From assembly GCA_963825815.1 (NCBI GenBank), contig CAWGVB010000030.1, positions 10,287 to 74,286 on the forward strand: a DNA stretch of 64,000 nt. The letters are read 5' to 3'. Source of the DNA: an uncultured Gemmatimonadales bacterium (GTDB lineage Bacteria > Gemmatimonadota > Gemmatimonadetes > Gemmatimonadales > GWC2-71-9). Position 1 is the first letter of the stretch, and every line of letters begins with the position of its first letter. Below the pieces are notes generated by a model, which was not told the origin of the DNA, did no database searches, and worked only from the letters and a program-made list of their open reading frames with translations. Made by a program: the position numbers and the translations under genes. Below, piece by piece: positions 30,033 through 39,600 of the stretch.

Positions 30033-30811
30033 GGGGTTCCATCCTGTTGGTTTGGTTGTGGAGTCGAAGGTCTGCGAGTCAGGAGTCGCCAGTCGGCAGT
30101 CGGAGTATCGAGCACGTGCTCGTCGACTCCTGACTCCTGACTGCGCTGACATCTGGCATCCCCCCACAACTCCTTGATCCTCTCCTCCCGCCCACAGCCG
30201 ATCACGTAGGCCCGGTACCGCTCGGGGTTCTTCTTGTAGAACTGCTGGTGGTACTCCTCCGCGGGATAGAACTTCGTCGCCCGCTGGACCTCGGTGACCA
30301 CCGGAGTCTTGAAACGGTGCGAGCGGTCGAGCGCCTGCTTCGACGCTTCCGCCGCGCGCTGCTGAGCCGAGTCGCGGTAGAAGATGATCGAGCGGTACTG
30401 GGGACCGGTGTCGCAGAAGGCCCGGTTGACCGTGGTCGGATCGATGTGGTGCCAATAGATGTCGAGCAGCCCGTCGTACGAGATCCGGGCCGGCTCATAA
30501 ATCACCTGCACCGACTCGGCGTAGCCGGTCTTTCCGGTCTCGACGAATTCGTAGTCCGGATTAGGCTGGGAGCCACCGGCGTAACCCGCCGTCACCTCGA
30601 CCACGCCGGGCACCCCATCGAACGCCTTCTGCATCGACCAGAAGCAGCCGCCGGCAAAGATCGCAATCTTCTGGGCGCCGGTGGGAACCGGCAGAACGGC
30701 CAGCTGGGCGTGGCCAGCCCGAGCGGTGCCCGGCAGCTTCAGGCCCAGGAGGGTCAAACCCAGCAATGACAAGGCGATAAGACTGGCGAATCGGATGGTG
30801 GGACGGGTCAT
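30029..30811 (-). CDS. msrA: Peptide-methionine (S)-S-oxide reductase MsrA with N-terminal signal peptide and a repeat-encoded C-terminal tail
   Basis: [35 protein letters not shown]...[59 protein letters not shown]...[13 protein letters not shown]. The last ~45 codons ([28 protein letters not shown]...) are read through the heptad array at 30061-30150. Confidence 0.85.
   Translation of the reverse strand: MTRPTIRFASLIALSLLGLTLLGLKLPGTARAGHAQLAVLPVPTGAQKIAIFAGGCFWSMQKAFDGVPGVVEVTAGYAGGSQPNPDYEFVETGKTGYAESVQVIYEPARISYDGLLDIYWHHIDPTTVNRAFCDTGPQYRSIIFYRDSAQQRAAEASKQALDRSHRFKTPVVTEVQRATKFYPAEEYHQQFYKKNPERYRAYVIGCGREERIKELWGDARCQRSQESGVDEHVLDTPTADWRLLTRRPSTPQPNQQDGTP
30061..30150. repeat. Palindromic heptad array (xxAGTCx units) centred on the perfect 14-nt palindrome CGAGCACGTGCTCG (30109-30122)
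   Basis: GAGTCGA AGGTCTG CGAGTCA GGAGTCG CCAGTCG GCAGTCG GAGTATC GAGCACG TGCTCGT CGACTCC TGACTCC TGACTGC. The left and right arms are inverted copies. Confidence 0.65.
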
Positions 30812-30888
30812 GACCGCGGTACTCCAGTGGGGGACGTCAGCATAACGCTCCAAACGGCCGATTTGATCCCAATGCCAATCAGGTTCGG

Positions 30889-30912
30889 CTCCTTCGCTGC
30901 GCTCAGGATGAC
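30889..30912. repeat. Solo REP-like half element (complement of GTCATCCTGAGCGCAGCGAAGGAG)
   Basis: CTCCTTCGCTGCGCTCAGGATGAC is seen directly between the kinase stop (30903) and the msrA start (30811). Confidence 0.5.
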
Positions 30913-32955
30913 AAGGTGCCACGAAGCGATGACGAGGCATGCGTTTCGACTGCCTCCAGCGCTCGCAAGAAGTCGGATGCCGAGGACCAGCGGGCCTCGG
31001 GCTTTCGAGCCAGCGCCTTGACGATGGCTCGGCTGAACGAATCCGGCACCTCGGGATTGAGCTCGGCCGGACTGGTCGGTTGAGACTCCTCCTGCTTTAA
31101 ATGATGCGCCACAAGTGCCAGGGTTCCGCTGGCTTCGAAGACCCGGCGGCCGGTGACGCATTCGAACAGCACCGCACCGGTCGCATAGATGTCGGTCCGA
31201 CCGTCCACCGGCTCGCCCAGCAGCTGCTCCGGCGCCATGTATGCCGGAGTGCCCACGACCACCCCTTCCACCGTGAGCGCCTTGCCATCGGTCTGGGCTC
31301 CAGCCAATCGCGCGATCCCGAAGTCGGTCACCTTCAGAAAACCGGTGGGATCCACCAGCAGGTTCTGCGGCTTGATGTCGCGGTGCACGATGCCCGCCTC
31401 GTGCGCCACCTCCAGCGCCCGACAAACCTGCTTGCCGATGGTGAGCGCCGCAGCGGCATCGAGTCGCCCTGCTTCCTTGATCAGCGACGCGACGGTCGTG
31501 CCCCGGACGTATTCCATAGTGATGTAGTAGATCCCGTCGGCCTCGCCCAGGTCGAAGGTGCGTACCACGTTCCGGTGGGTGATCCGCCGGGCCAGCCGAA
31601 GCTCCTGCTTGAAGCGCTCCAGCAGAGTGGGATCGAGCTGCCCGACGTCGGGCCGGATCGCCTTGATCGCCAGGGTCTCGCCCACCTGCCGGTCGAATGC
31701 GCGGTAGACCACGCCCATTCCACCAGCGCCGAGCGATTCCTGGATCTCGTAGCGTCCGGCGAAGAGGCGGCCGGTAGCGAGGAGTCCCTGACCATCTCGC
31801 CTGCCGTCGCTCACCACCTCGGTTGCAGCGGCGCCGGTCCGGAGATACTGGACCAGGCGATCCTTCTCCCGCAGCTCCTCCACCATCGTTCCGAAGGCGT
31901 GGGCCAGGTCGCCGATTTCGTCCCTGGTGCCCACATCGATCGGGCCGGTGTACTCGCCCTGGGTGACCTTGCGGGTTGCGGCGACCAGGCGCTGAACCGG
32001 ACGGACGATGTGCCGCGCGGCGAGAAGGGAGAACCCCACCGCAAGCAGCAGCCCGACAACGAAGGCCCATCGGATGGTCCGGCGGAGCTGCTGGTAGGCG
32101 GCGAGGTCGGCATTGCGGGAGTGAAGTCCCAGGTATCCGCCGACCGGAACGCTGTCGGCGGTGGTGAGCGAGCCGACAGTGCCCTCGTACTCGGTGTTGT
32201 CCAGGGTGAGATGGATGCGCGAGTCCGAGCGGGGACCAGTCCCCATGCGAAGACCGCGAAGGGCCTCGCTGAGTCGGCTGCGGGATTGGTTCGCCATAAC
32301 AGTAGTGGCCGCGACATAGGGCAGCCCTAGCGTATCGAGCGAGAAGAACACGATCTCCGAGTTGGTGTTTCGCCGGAGCCGGGCGGCAAAGGTACTGTCG
32401 ATCCTGAGCGCGGCGGCAACCACCGCCAGCGGGGTGGCCGACCCCGGGCTCAACACCGGCATAGCCACCGCCTGGTACAGCTGGTCACCCGCCTCACTCG
32501 GCTCGATCCACAGTCCCGATGTGGTCTTCCCCTCCAGCGCTCGGCCGATCAAGGCGCCGCGGGAGAAGTCCTGGTCGAACAGATCGCGCTCGGCGGTCCA
32601 GGCCCGAAGCACGCCGCTGGGGTCGGTGATCAGCACCCAATCGGCGCCGGTCTGACTCCGCAGCTCGTCGGCCTGGTCGAGGAGGTCGGCCCGGTTCCCG
32701 ATTCTCACCGACTCACCGATGCGGGAGACGTAGACCGGCACCTGCACCAGGCGCGGCGGTGAGCTGGCTCAGGGTCTGGCTCCGGCCCCCCAGGGCGTCG
32801 CGGATCGTGGCCTGAGTCGCCCGCAGAGCCTGGAGGGCGGCGGAATCGGCGGCGCGGTCGGCCTGGCGCTTGGTGATGAGCAGTGCGATACCGAGCACAG
32901 CGGTGACCACCAGGGCGGTGCCCAGAAAGATCCGGGTGCCGAGGGGGAGGCGCAT
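30903..32955 (-). CDS. Membrane Ser/Thr protein kinase with periplasmic sensor domain and HAMP linker; one frame change near 32740-32760
   Basis: ORFs 32713..33108 (N-terminus MRLPLGTRIFLGTALVVTAVLGIALLI) and 30903..32747 (614 aa intact). There is a second TM (WAFVVGLLLAVGFSLLAA), then HAMP (RHIVRPVQRLVAATRKVTQGEYTGPIDVGTRDEIGDLAHAFGTMVEEL), then the kinase (LGAGGMGVVYRAFD...AIKAI...HRDIKPQNLLV...VTDFGIA...GTPAYMAPEQ). Confidence 0.85.
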
Positions 32956-32956
32956 C

Positions 32957-33729
32957 TCAGTACCGGCGCCCCTGCTGGGGATAGGGCCGGCCGAACTTGT
33001 TGAGGTGGGGCTTGAACTGGTAACCCCGGGCATCGAGCTGGAGCTCGAGCTTCGAGAGGCCGGCCGCGGGCACCTCGATTGGACGGGAGACGGCGGGCGC
33101 CCGCTCATGCCAGGCGTGGAGGGTGTAATGCCCCGGCGGCACCGCCGGGATGGTGAACGAGCCGTCGCTCGCCGGCTGGGCGTACCAGGGATTGTCCCGC
33201 ACCACCACCAGCGCGCTCATCTGCGAATGGACGTTGCAGTAGACCCGCACGATTCCGGCCCGCTCGAACTTGACTGCCGGCGTCTCGCCCCGGCCATAGA
33301 GCCCCAGGTCGAAAGGATTCTCCTCGGAGAGGGAGAAGACGTTGTGATTGAAGGGATCGTGGTTGGGAAAGCTGATGCTGGAGCCGACCGGGACCACCAG
33401 GACATGGGGAGAGAACTGCTTCTCCGCGGTGGTGATCTCAGCGCGCACCGGGGCCGGCGGAACCGGCTTGTCCGCCGTCAGCCAGATGACCGCCTGCCCC
33501 ACGTCCTCGGCCTGTTTGTCGGATTTGTCGAGGAGGGTGAGATGGCCGGTGACAGAGTCGCGCAGTCACCAGTCCGCGAGCTCGGCGCAGAGAGTCTGGA
33601 GAGTCGCTCGAGACGTCGGCGACTGACGTCTGAGGGCTGGCGACTGAGGACTGGCGACTGCGAGAGACAGAACTCCCGCCACTCCCAGGACGGAGCGGAG
33701 TGGCAAAACGCGACTTATCTTGGCTCGCA
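32957..33729 (-). CDS. Secreted cupredoxin-like (type-1 copper site) protein with C-terminal beta-sandwich domain; one frame change/stop near 33560
   Basis: ORF 32957..33502 plus an unlisted upstream piece, MRAKISRVLPLRSVLGVAGVLSLAVAS... (ATG 33729). Putative Cu ligands: FPNHDPFNHNVFS and VYCNVHSQM. Then DGSFTIPAVPPGHYTLHAW (CarboxypepD_reg-like). The stop lies 1 nt from the kinase ATG (TGAgATG). Confidence 0.6.
33553..33670. repeat. Heptad array (GGCGACT / GAGGACT units, complement CAGTCGC) inside the 5' part of the cupredoxin gene
   Basis: ...GAGAGTC TGGAGAG TCGCTCG AGACGTC GGCGACT GACGTCT GAGGGCT GGCGACT GAGGACT GGCGACT GCGAGAG. It contains the hairpin AGACGTC-ggcgact-GACGTCT (33611-33631). 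Confidence 0.6.
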
Positions 33730-33764
33730 TGCCGGAACGGTACCGTCCGCTCCAGAGGGCGTCA

Positions 33765-33850
33765 ACGAGGCACGAGGCGAGAGTCGCGAGTCACGAGAGA
33801 TGAGTCACGAGTCACGAGTCGCGAGACATGGGTCGCGAGTCGCGAGAGGC
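33765..33850. repeat. Heptad array, about 12 units of ACGAGGC/GCGAGTC/ACGAGTC, spanning the divergent spacer and the porin start codon
   Basis: ACGAGGC ACGAGGC GAGAGTC GCGAGTC ACGAGAG ATGAGTC ACGAGTC ACGAGTC GCGAGAC ATGGGTC GCGAGTC GCGAGAG. There are six GAGTC pentamers. Its orientation is opposite to the 33553-33670 array. Confidence 0.7.
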
Positions 33851-34988
33851 GTGGCTGGTGGCGCTGCTCCTGCTGCCGCTGGGCAGCCGGCTCCTCGCCG
33901 CGCAGGAGCCGAAGCTCGAAGCCAGCGTGCACGGGCTGATCCTGATGAACGGGTTCTACACCAGCGACGACATGAACAACAGCGACGTGCCGCAGTTCGT
34001 GCTCCCGGCGGGAGAGCCGGCGCGGACCACGACCAGCGCTACGGTGCGGCAGTCGCGGGTGACGGTGACCGGCGTGGCCCAGGATTTCGCCGACGGCACG
34101 CTGACGGGCGAGCTGGACGTGGACTTCTTCGGCGGGCAGCAGCCCTCGACCGGCGGGCGGACGTTTCCACTGCTTCGAATCCGCCGGGCGTTCGCCGAGC
34201 TGGCCTGGGCCCGGTTCGCGGTTCTGGTGGGACAGGAGTCGCCCCCCATCGCGGAGGTGAGCCCGTCATCCATCGCGAGCATCGGCTTTCCCCTCTTCGC
34301 CGGGGCCGGCAACCTCTGGCTCTGGATCCCGCAGATCCGGCTGAGCGCCGATCTCGCCCCGATAGGCGGCGTTCGCCTTGGGATCGAGGGCGCGGCACTG
34401 GCGCCGACCTCGGGCGAGCCGCAGCAGACCTTCCTCACCCAACCCGATGCCGCGGAGCGGAGCGGCCGGCCCTATCTCCAGGGAAGACTGCGCGCCCGCT
34501 GGGGCGAGGGCGACCGGCTCGGCGAGATCAGCTTCGGCGGGCACTATGGCTGGCTGGAGGACAGCACCGGCGGCCGGATCGACTCGAAGGCGCTGGCGGT
34601 GAGCGTGTGGACGCCGATCGCCGGCGGCCTGGAGCTCCGGGGCGAAGCCTTCGTCGGGCAGGCGCTGGCCGGACTGGGCGGCGGCGGCATCGGGCAGAAC
34701 ATGGTGCGGAACGGCGTGCCGGTCGAAGCCAAGGGCGGATGGGTGCAGCTGAACTATCGAGCTGGGAGCTGGGAGCTGGGAGCCGGGGGTGGGATCGACG
34801 ATCCGGAAGATGAAGATCTGGTTGCGTCGTCCCGGCTTCGAAACCTGGCGTACGGCGGACACCTGATCTGGCGGCCCTTGCCGGCGGTGATCGGGCTGGA
34901 GGCACGGGAGATTCGCACGGACTATGCGCCGCCGGTGGATACGGAGTCGGGTGTTCAGGTCAATCTGGGTATCGGGATAGAATTTTAG
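33828..34988 (+). CDS. Outer-membrane beta-barrel porin-like protein
   Basis: Intact 386-aa ORF with signal peptide WLVALLLLPLGSRLLAAQEP and alternating beta-strand-like composition. The C-terminus ...VNLGIGIEF ends in an aromatic residue, as is typical of OMP beta-signals. No specific family recognised. Confidence 0.55.
   Translation: MGRESREAWLVALLLLPLGSRLLAAQEPKLEASVHGLILMNGFYTSDDMNNSDVPQFVLPAGEPARTTTSATVRQSRVTVTGVAQDFADGTLTGELDVDFFGGQQPSTGGRTFPLLRIRRAFAELAWARFAVLVGQESPPIAEVSPSSIASIGFPLFAGAGNLWLWIPQIRLSADLAPIGGVRLGIEGAALAPTSGEPQQTFLTQPDAAERSGRPYLQGRLRARWGEGDRLGEISFGGHYGWLEDSTGGRIDSKALAVSVWTPIAGGLELRGEAFVGQALAGLGGGGIGQNMVRNGVPVEAKGGWVQLNYRAGSWELGAGGGIDDPEDEDLVASSRLRNLAYGGHLIWRPLPAVIGLEAREIRTDYAPPVDTESGVQVNLGIGIEF
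34759..34793. repeat. Heptanucleotide tandem array GAGCTGG x3 - GAGCCGG - GGGTGGG inside the porin gene
   Basis: Seen directly. It encodes ...AGSWELGAGGG... in the open frame. Confidence 0.55.
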
Positions 34989-34998
34989 AGCCTGGCCC

Positions 34999-35528
34999 TC
35001 ATGGGCCGGGCAGACGATGTTCCCAGCGCCACACCGGCCCGTCCTCAGGATCCACAACCTCACCCAGCAGGCGAAAGCCACACTTCTCCAGCACCCGGGC
35101 TGAAGCGTTGCGCTCGGGCAGCGTGTGGGCGCGGACCAGCCGAACCTCGCCGCTGGCACTGGCGAACTCCACCAGCGCACCCGCGGCCTCGGTGGCGTAG
35201 CCTCTGCCCTCGAAGGCGGGCACAATGCCGTAGGCGATCTCGACTGTGTCGGCCCCATCCGGCGGTCCCTTGAAACCGGCGGTCCCGATGGCCGTGTGGC
35301 TCTCCCGTTCCAGCACGAAGAAGCCGTAGCGCCAGGGATCGGGACGGAGGATTTCTCGAGCTGGGCCAGCCATTCGGGAGACACCTCACCCGAGACGAAG
35401 AAGTTTCTCAGGCCTTCCGCACCGGGAATCCGGTGAGCTCGGCAAATCTTTCCGGATGTTGAATCAAGCCGAGCAGATGCTCGGTGCGTGCAGGGAATCA
35501 GGCTGAGACGAGGAGTGTCCGGCGACAT
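34999..35528 (-). pseudogene. GNAT-family N-acetyltransferase (RimJ/RimL-like); about 3 frame changes
   Basis: ORF 34999..35373: WRYGFFVLERESHTAIGTAGFKGPPDGADTVEIAYGIVPAFEGRGYATEAAGALVEFASASGEVRLVRAHTLPERNASARVLEKCGFRLLGEV. Upstream pieces (TEHLLGLIQHPERFAELTGFPV, AEGLRNFFVSGEVSPEWLAQLE) are in other frames. Confidence 0.7.
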
Positions 35529-35591
35529 AGGACTGGAGTATAAGAGTTTCTCGTCCGGAAACCCCGCTCCATCGCGCTGCGTATTGCCCCG

Positions 35592-36642
35592 ATGCTTCAT
35601 CTGCTTTTGCTCGCAGCGATTCTCCCGTTTCAGAATGACAGTGCAGAGGGGCTCGAGCTGGTCCGGCTCGGTTCCGATGTGTACGCCGCCATTCGCAAGG
35701 ATCCGCTCAGTCTCGCGGTCAACTCCAATTCACATGATCGTCGTGCGTGACAGGGACGTGGTCGTGGTGGACGCCCAGTTCACCCGCACCGCGACGCAGG
35801 AGACTATCGCGGCGATTCGGAGGATCACGGGCAAGCCGGTGGCTTACGTGATCAACACCCACTGGCACGACGATCACCTGGCCGGTGATCAGGTGTATCG
35901 GGACAGCTTTCCCGGCGTGCGCTTCGTGATGCAGGAGAACACCGCGGCGGATCTGGTGACGCTGGGGGCGCCCAACCGAAAGCAACAGGTCGAGGGCGCT
36001 CCGCCCGTGGCCGACCGGCTCGAGCGGCTGTTGTCCATGGGTCTTGGCCTCGACAGCACTCCGGCGACGCCGATGGAGCGCTCGGCGCTGGAGAGTGCGA
36101 TTCGGATTGCCCGGCAGTATGTGAAAGAAGCGCCGGGCTTCAGCCCAGTGGCGGCGACTGACACCGTGCACCAGCGGATGACACTGGGCGCGGGTCAAGA
36201 CCGAATCGAGTTGATCTGGTTCGGCCAGGGGAACACCCGAGGAGACCTGGTGGTATATCTGCCCGAGCGGGGGATCCTGGCCAGCGGAGATCTGGTGGTG
36301 GCGCCGGTGCCGTTCGCATTCAATTCCCATCCCACGTCCTGGGTCGAAGTGCTGGATTCGCTGGTCGCGCTGAAGCCGCGTGTCATCGTGCCGGGACACG
36401 GACCGGTACTGCGCGATCTGGGGTACATTCGCTCGGTCCGGGGCTGGCTGGCCCGAATCGACCGGGAGACGTCAGCCGCCGCGGCCAGGGGTGATTCGCT
36501 GGGCGCCGTCTTGAAGACGGTCACCCTGGACGAGGTTCGTCGGTCCGTCACCCGGGACGAGAAGTGGATGAACTTCTTGTTCCGTAGCTTCTTCGTGAGA
36601 CCGGCCGTGCAGGCGGCGTATGACGAGGCGGACGGAACGTGA
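35592..36642 (+). CDS. Secreted MBL-fold metallo-hydrolase; one frame change near 35725
   Basis: MLHLLLLAAILPF..., then ORF 35488..36642: VVVVDAQFTRTATQETIAAIRRITGKPVAYVINTHWHDDHLAGDQVY (HxHxDH motif)...GNTRGDLVVYLPERGILASGDLVV...VIVPGHGPV. Confidence 0.75.
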
Positions 36643-39600
36643 GGGACGACGGAACGTCAGGAATCCGTTTGGCTCTCTCCCTCCTCCATGTACCTTATAG
36701 CTGGAGCCCATAGCCTAGAGCCCATACCACAGCGAGACCCACCATCCCGCTCGATCTGCGCCGGTCCATTACCACGCTCACTCCTCTTCTCCGCTCGGAT
36801 GCCCGCGAGGATCTCCTGGCCGGCCCGATCCGGGGCGAGCTGCTCGGCGCCGAGCACCTGGCCGAGCGGGCCCAGGAGGTGGCCGCGGCACAGCGGCTCT
36901 CGGTCAGACGGCGGCGGCCGCCGGACCCCGCTGCTGGCCCGGCTGAACGGAACCCGGAAGATCCTGGAGGACGCCTATGCCCGGCTCACCGCCGCCGCCG
37001 ACGGCGGCGTCGACGTCGGCCCCGCCGGCGAGTGGCTGCTGGACAACTACCACGTGGTCCAGGAGCACATCGGCGAGGTGCGGGAGAGCCTGCCGAGCGG
37101 CTACTACCGCGAGCTGCCGGTGCTGGCCGGCGGCCCGCTGGCCGGCTATCCCCGGGTCTACGAGCTGGCCATCACGCTGATCTCCCACACCGAAGGGCGG
37201 ATCGACCTCGACAACGTGAGCGGCTTCGTCGACGCGTTCCAGCAGGTCTCGGTGCTCACCATCGGCGAGCTGTGGGCGATGCCCGCCATGCTCCGGCTGG
37301 GGCTGATCGAGAACGTCCGCCGGATGGCGCTCCGCACGGTGCAGCGGCTGGACGAGATCGAGGCGGCCGACTCGGCCGCGGCCGCGGCTCGCCGCCGCGC
37401 GCCGTCGAAGGGACAGGCGCGCTCGACGCCGAGCTCGACCGATTCGCCTCCGACCCGCCGCCGCTCACCCCGACCTTCGTCTCCCGCTTCCTGCAGCAGC
37501 TCCGGGTCGAGGGCGGCGCGCTCCCCGCCGTCGTGCGGCTGGAGCAGTGGATCGCCGAGGAGGCGCTGAGCGCGGAGGAGGCCACCGCCCGCGCCACCCA
37601 GCGGCTGGCCCTCACGCAGGTGGTGATGGCCAACAGCATCACCAGCCTCCGCGCCATCGGCCGGATGGAGTGGCGCACCTTCGTCGAGGCGGCAGAGCCG
37701 GATCGAGCGGTGCTGCGCGAAGGATCCGTCCGGGCTTCTACGGCCAGCATGACCTTCGCCACCCGGGACCGCTATCGCCACGCGGTGGAGCGGATCGCCA
37801 AGCGGACCCGGCTCAGCGAGGAGAGCCGTGGCCCGGCACGCGATCGAGTGCGCCCGCTCCGGCCTGGAGACGAGCACCCGGACGACCAGCGCCGCGCGCA
37901 CGTGGGCTACTACCTGGTCGACGAGGGTCTGGCCGAGCTGGAGCGCCTGGCCCGGCTACACGTCCGGCGCCCGGCGAGAGCGGTTGACCGCTGGGTGCGG
38001 CGCCATCCCAACGTCGTGTTCGTCGGCGGCATCGTCCTGGCCACGCATCGCGCGCTCTGGCCGCGGTGCTCTGGCTCGGCGGGCCGGCGGCCCGCGCGGT
38101 CTGGCCGCTGGGTGCTGCTGCTGGGCCTGATCCCGGCCAACGACATCGCGGTCAACGTGGTGAACCAGCTGGTCACCGCGTTCCTCCCGCCGCGCCCGCT
38201 CCCCAAGCTCGACCTGCACGAGCACGGCGTGCCGCCCGAGTACCGCACCGCGGTGGTGATCCCCACCCTCTTCGGCAGCGTGGACGCGGTGCGACGAGGC
38301 GCTGGAGAACCTGGAGGTCCAGTTCCTGGCCAACCGGGAAGCCCATCTCCACTTCGCCGTGCTGAGCGACTTCACCGACTCGACCAGCCGAGACCCGGGA
38401 AGACGACGCCGCGATCCTGGAGGCCGCGGTCGACGGCGTCAACGCACTCAACGCCCGCTACGCCGCCGGACGGCGAGGACGCGTTCTACCTCTTCCACCG
38501 CCCCCGCCGCTGGAATCCGCACGAGGGCGTCTGGATGGGATGGGAGCGGAAGCGGGGCAAGCTCGCCGAGTTCAACCGGTTCGTGCTGACCGGCGAGGAG
38601 ACGCGCTTCTCCGTCATCGTGGGCGACAAGAGCCGCTCCGATGCGGTGCGCGTACGTGATCACGCTCGACTCCGACACCGTGCTGCCGCCCGACGCGGCG
38701 CCCGCTGCTGGTCGGCGCGCTGGCCCACCCGCTCAACCGCGCGGTGTACGATCGACAAGCTGGGCCGGGTGGTACGCGGGCTACGGCATCCTCCAGCCGC
38801 GGGTCGGCGTCTCGCTGCCCAGCGCGCACCGCTCGCTCTTCGCCTCGATCCACTCGGGCCACCCCGGCGTGGACCCTTACACCACCGCGGTCTCCGACGT
38901 CTACCAGGACCTCTACGGCGAGGGGAGCTTCACCGGCAAGGGGGTCTACGACGTCGAGGCGTTCGAGCGCGCCACCCACGGCCGCTTCCCCGAGAACACG
39001 CTGCTGTCGCACGACCTGATCGAGGGCAACTACGCCCGCGCCGGTCTGGCCACCGACGTGATCGTCTACGACGACTACCCGACCCGCTACCTCACCTATC
39101 ACCCGCCGCAAGCACCGCTGGATCCGGGGCGACTGGCAGCTGCTGCCCTGGCTCCGGCGCGGGTGCCGGGCCCCGAGGGGCGCGAGCGCAACCGGCTGTC
39201 GATCCTCTCGCGCTGGAAGATCATCGACAACCTCCGGCGCAGCACGGTGGAGCTGGCCCAGCTGGTCTTCCTGGTGGCCGGCTGGACGCTGCTTCCCGGC
39301 TCGCCGATCCGCTGGACGCTGCTCGGGCATCGGCGCCATCGCCGCGCCCTGGATCGTCTCGCTCCTGCTCGCGCTGGTGCGTCCGCCGCTGGACAAGTCC
39401 TGGCGGGCCTACTATGCGGCGGTGGGGCACGATTTCGTCACCAGCATTCAGCAGATCGCGCTGGCGGTCGGCGTTCCTGCCCCACCAGGCCTGGGTCTCG
39501 GCCGACGCGATCGTCCGCACCCTCTGGCGGATGAAGGTGAGCCACCGGCACCTGCTGCGAGTGGCAGACCGCGTCGCAGATCGAGCGCGGGACCGGGACG

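Noticed and set aside
33765-33850. Short-period repeat arrays (this one and those at 18209-18262, 28179-28213, 30061-30150, 60258-60345) considered as CRISPR arrays
   Set aside because: The units are only 7-8 nt, directly abutting and degenerate, with no unique spacers of ~30 nt. No cas genes occur anywhere in the window.
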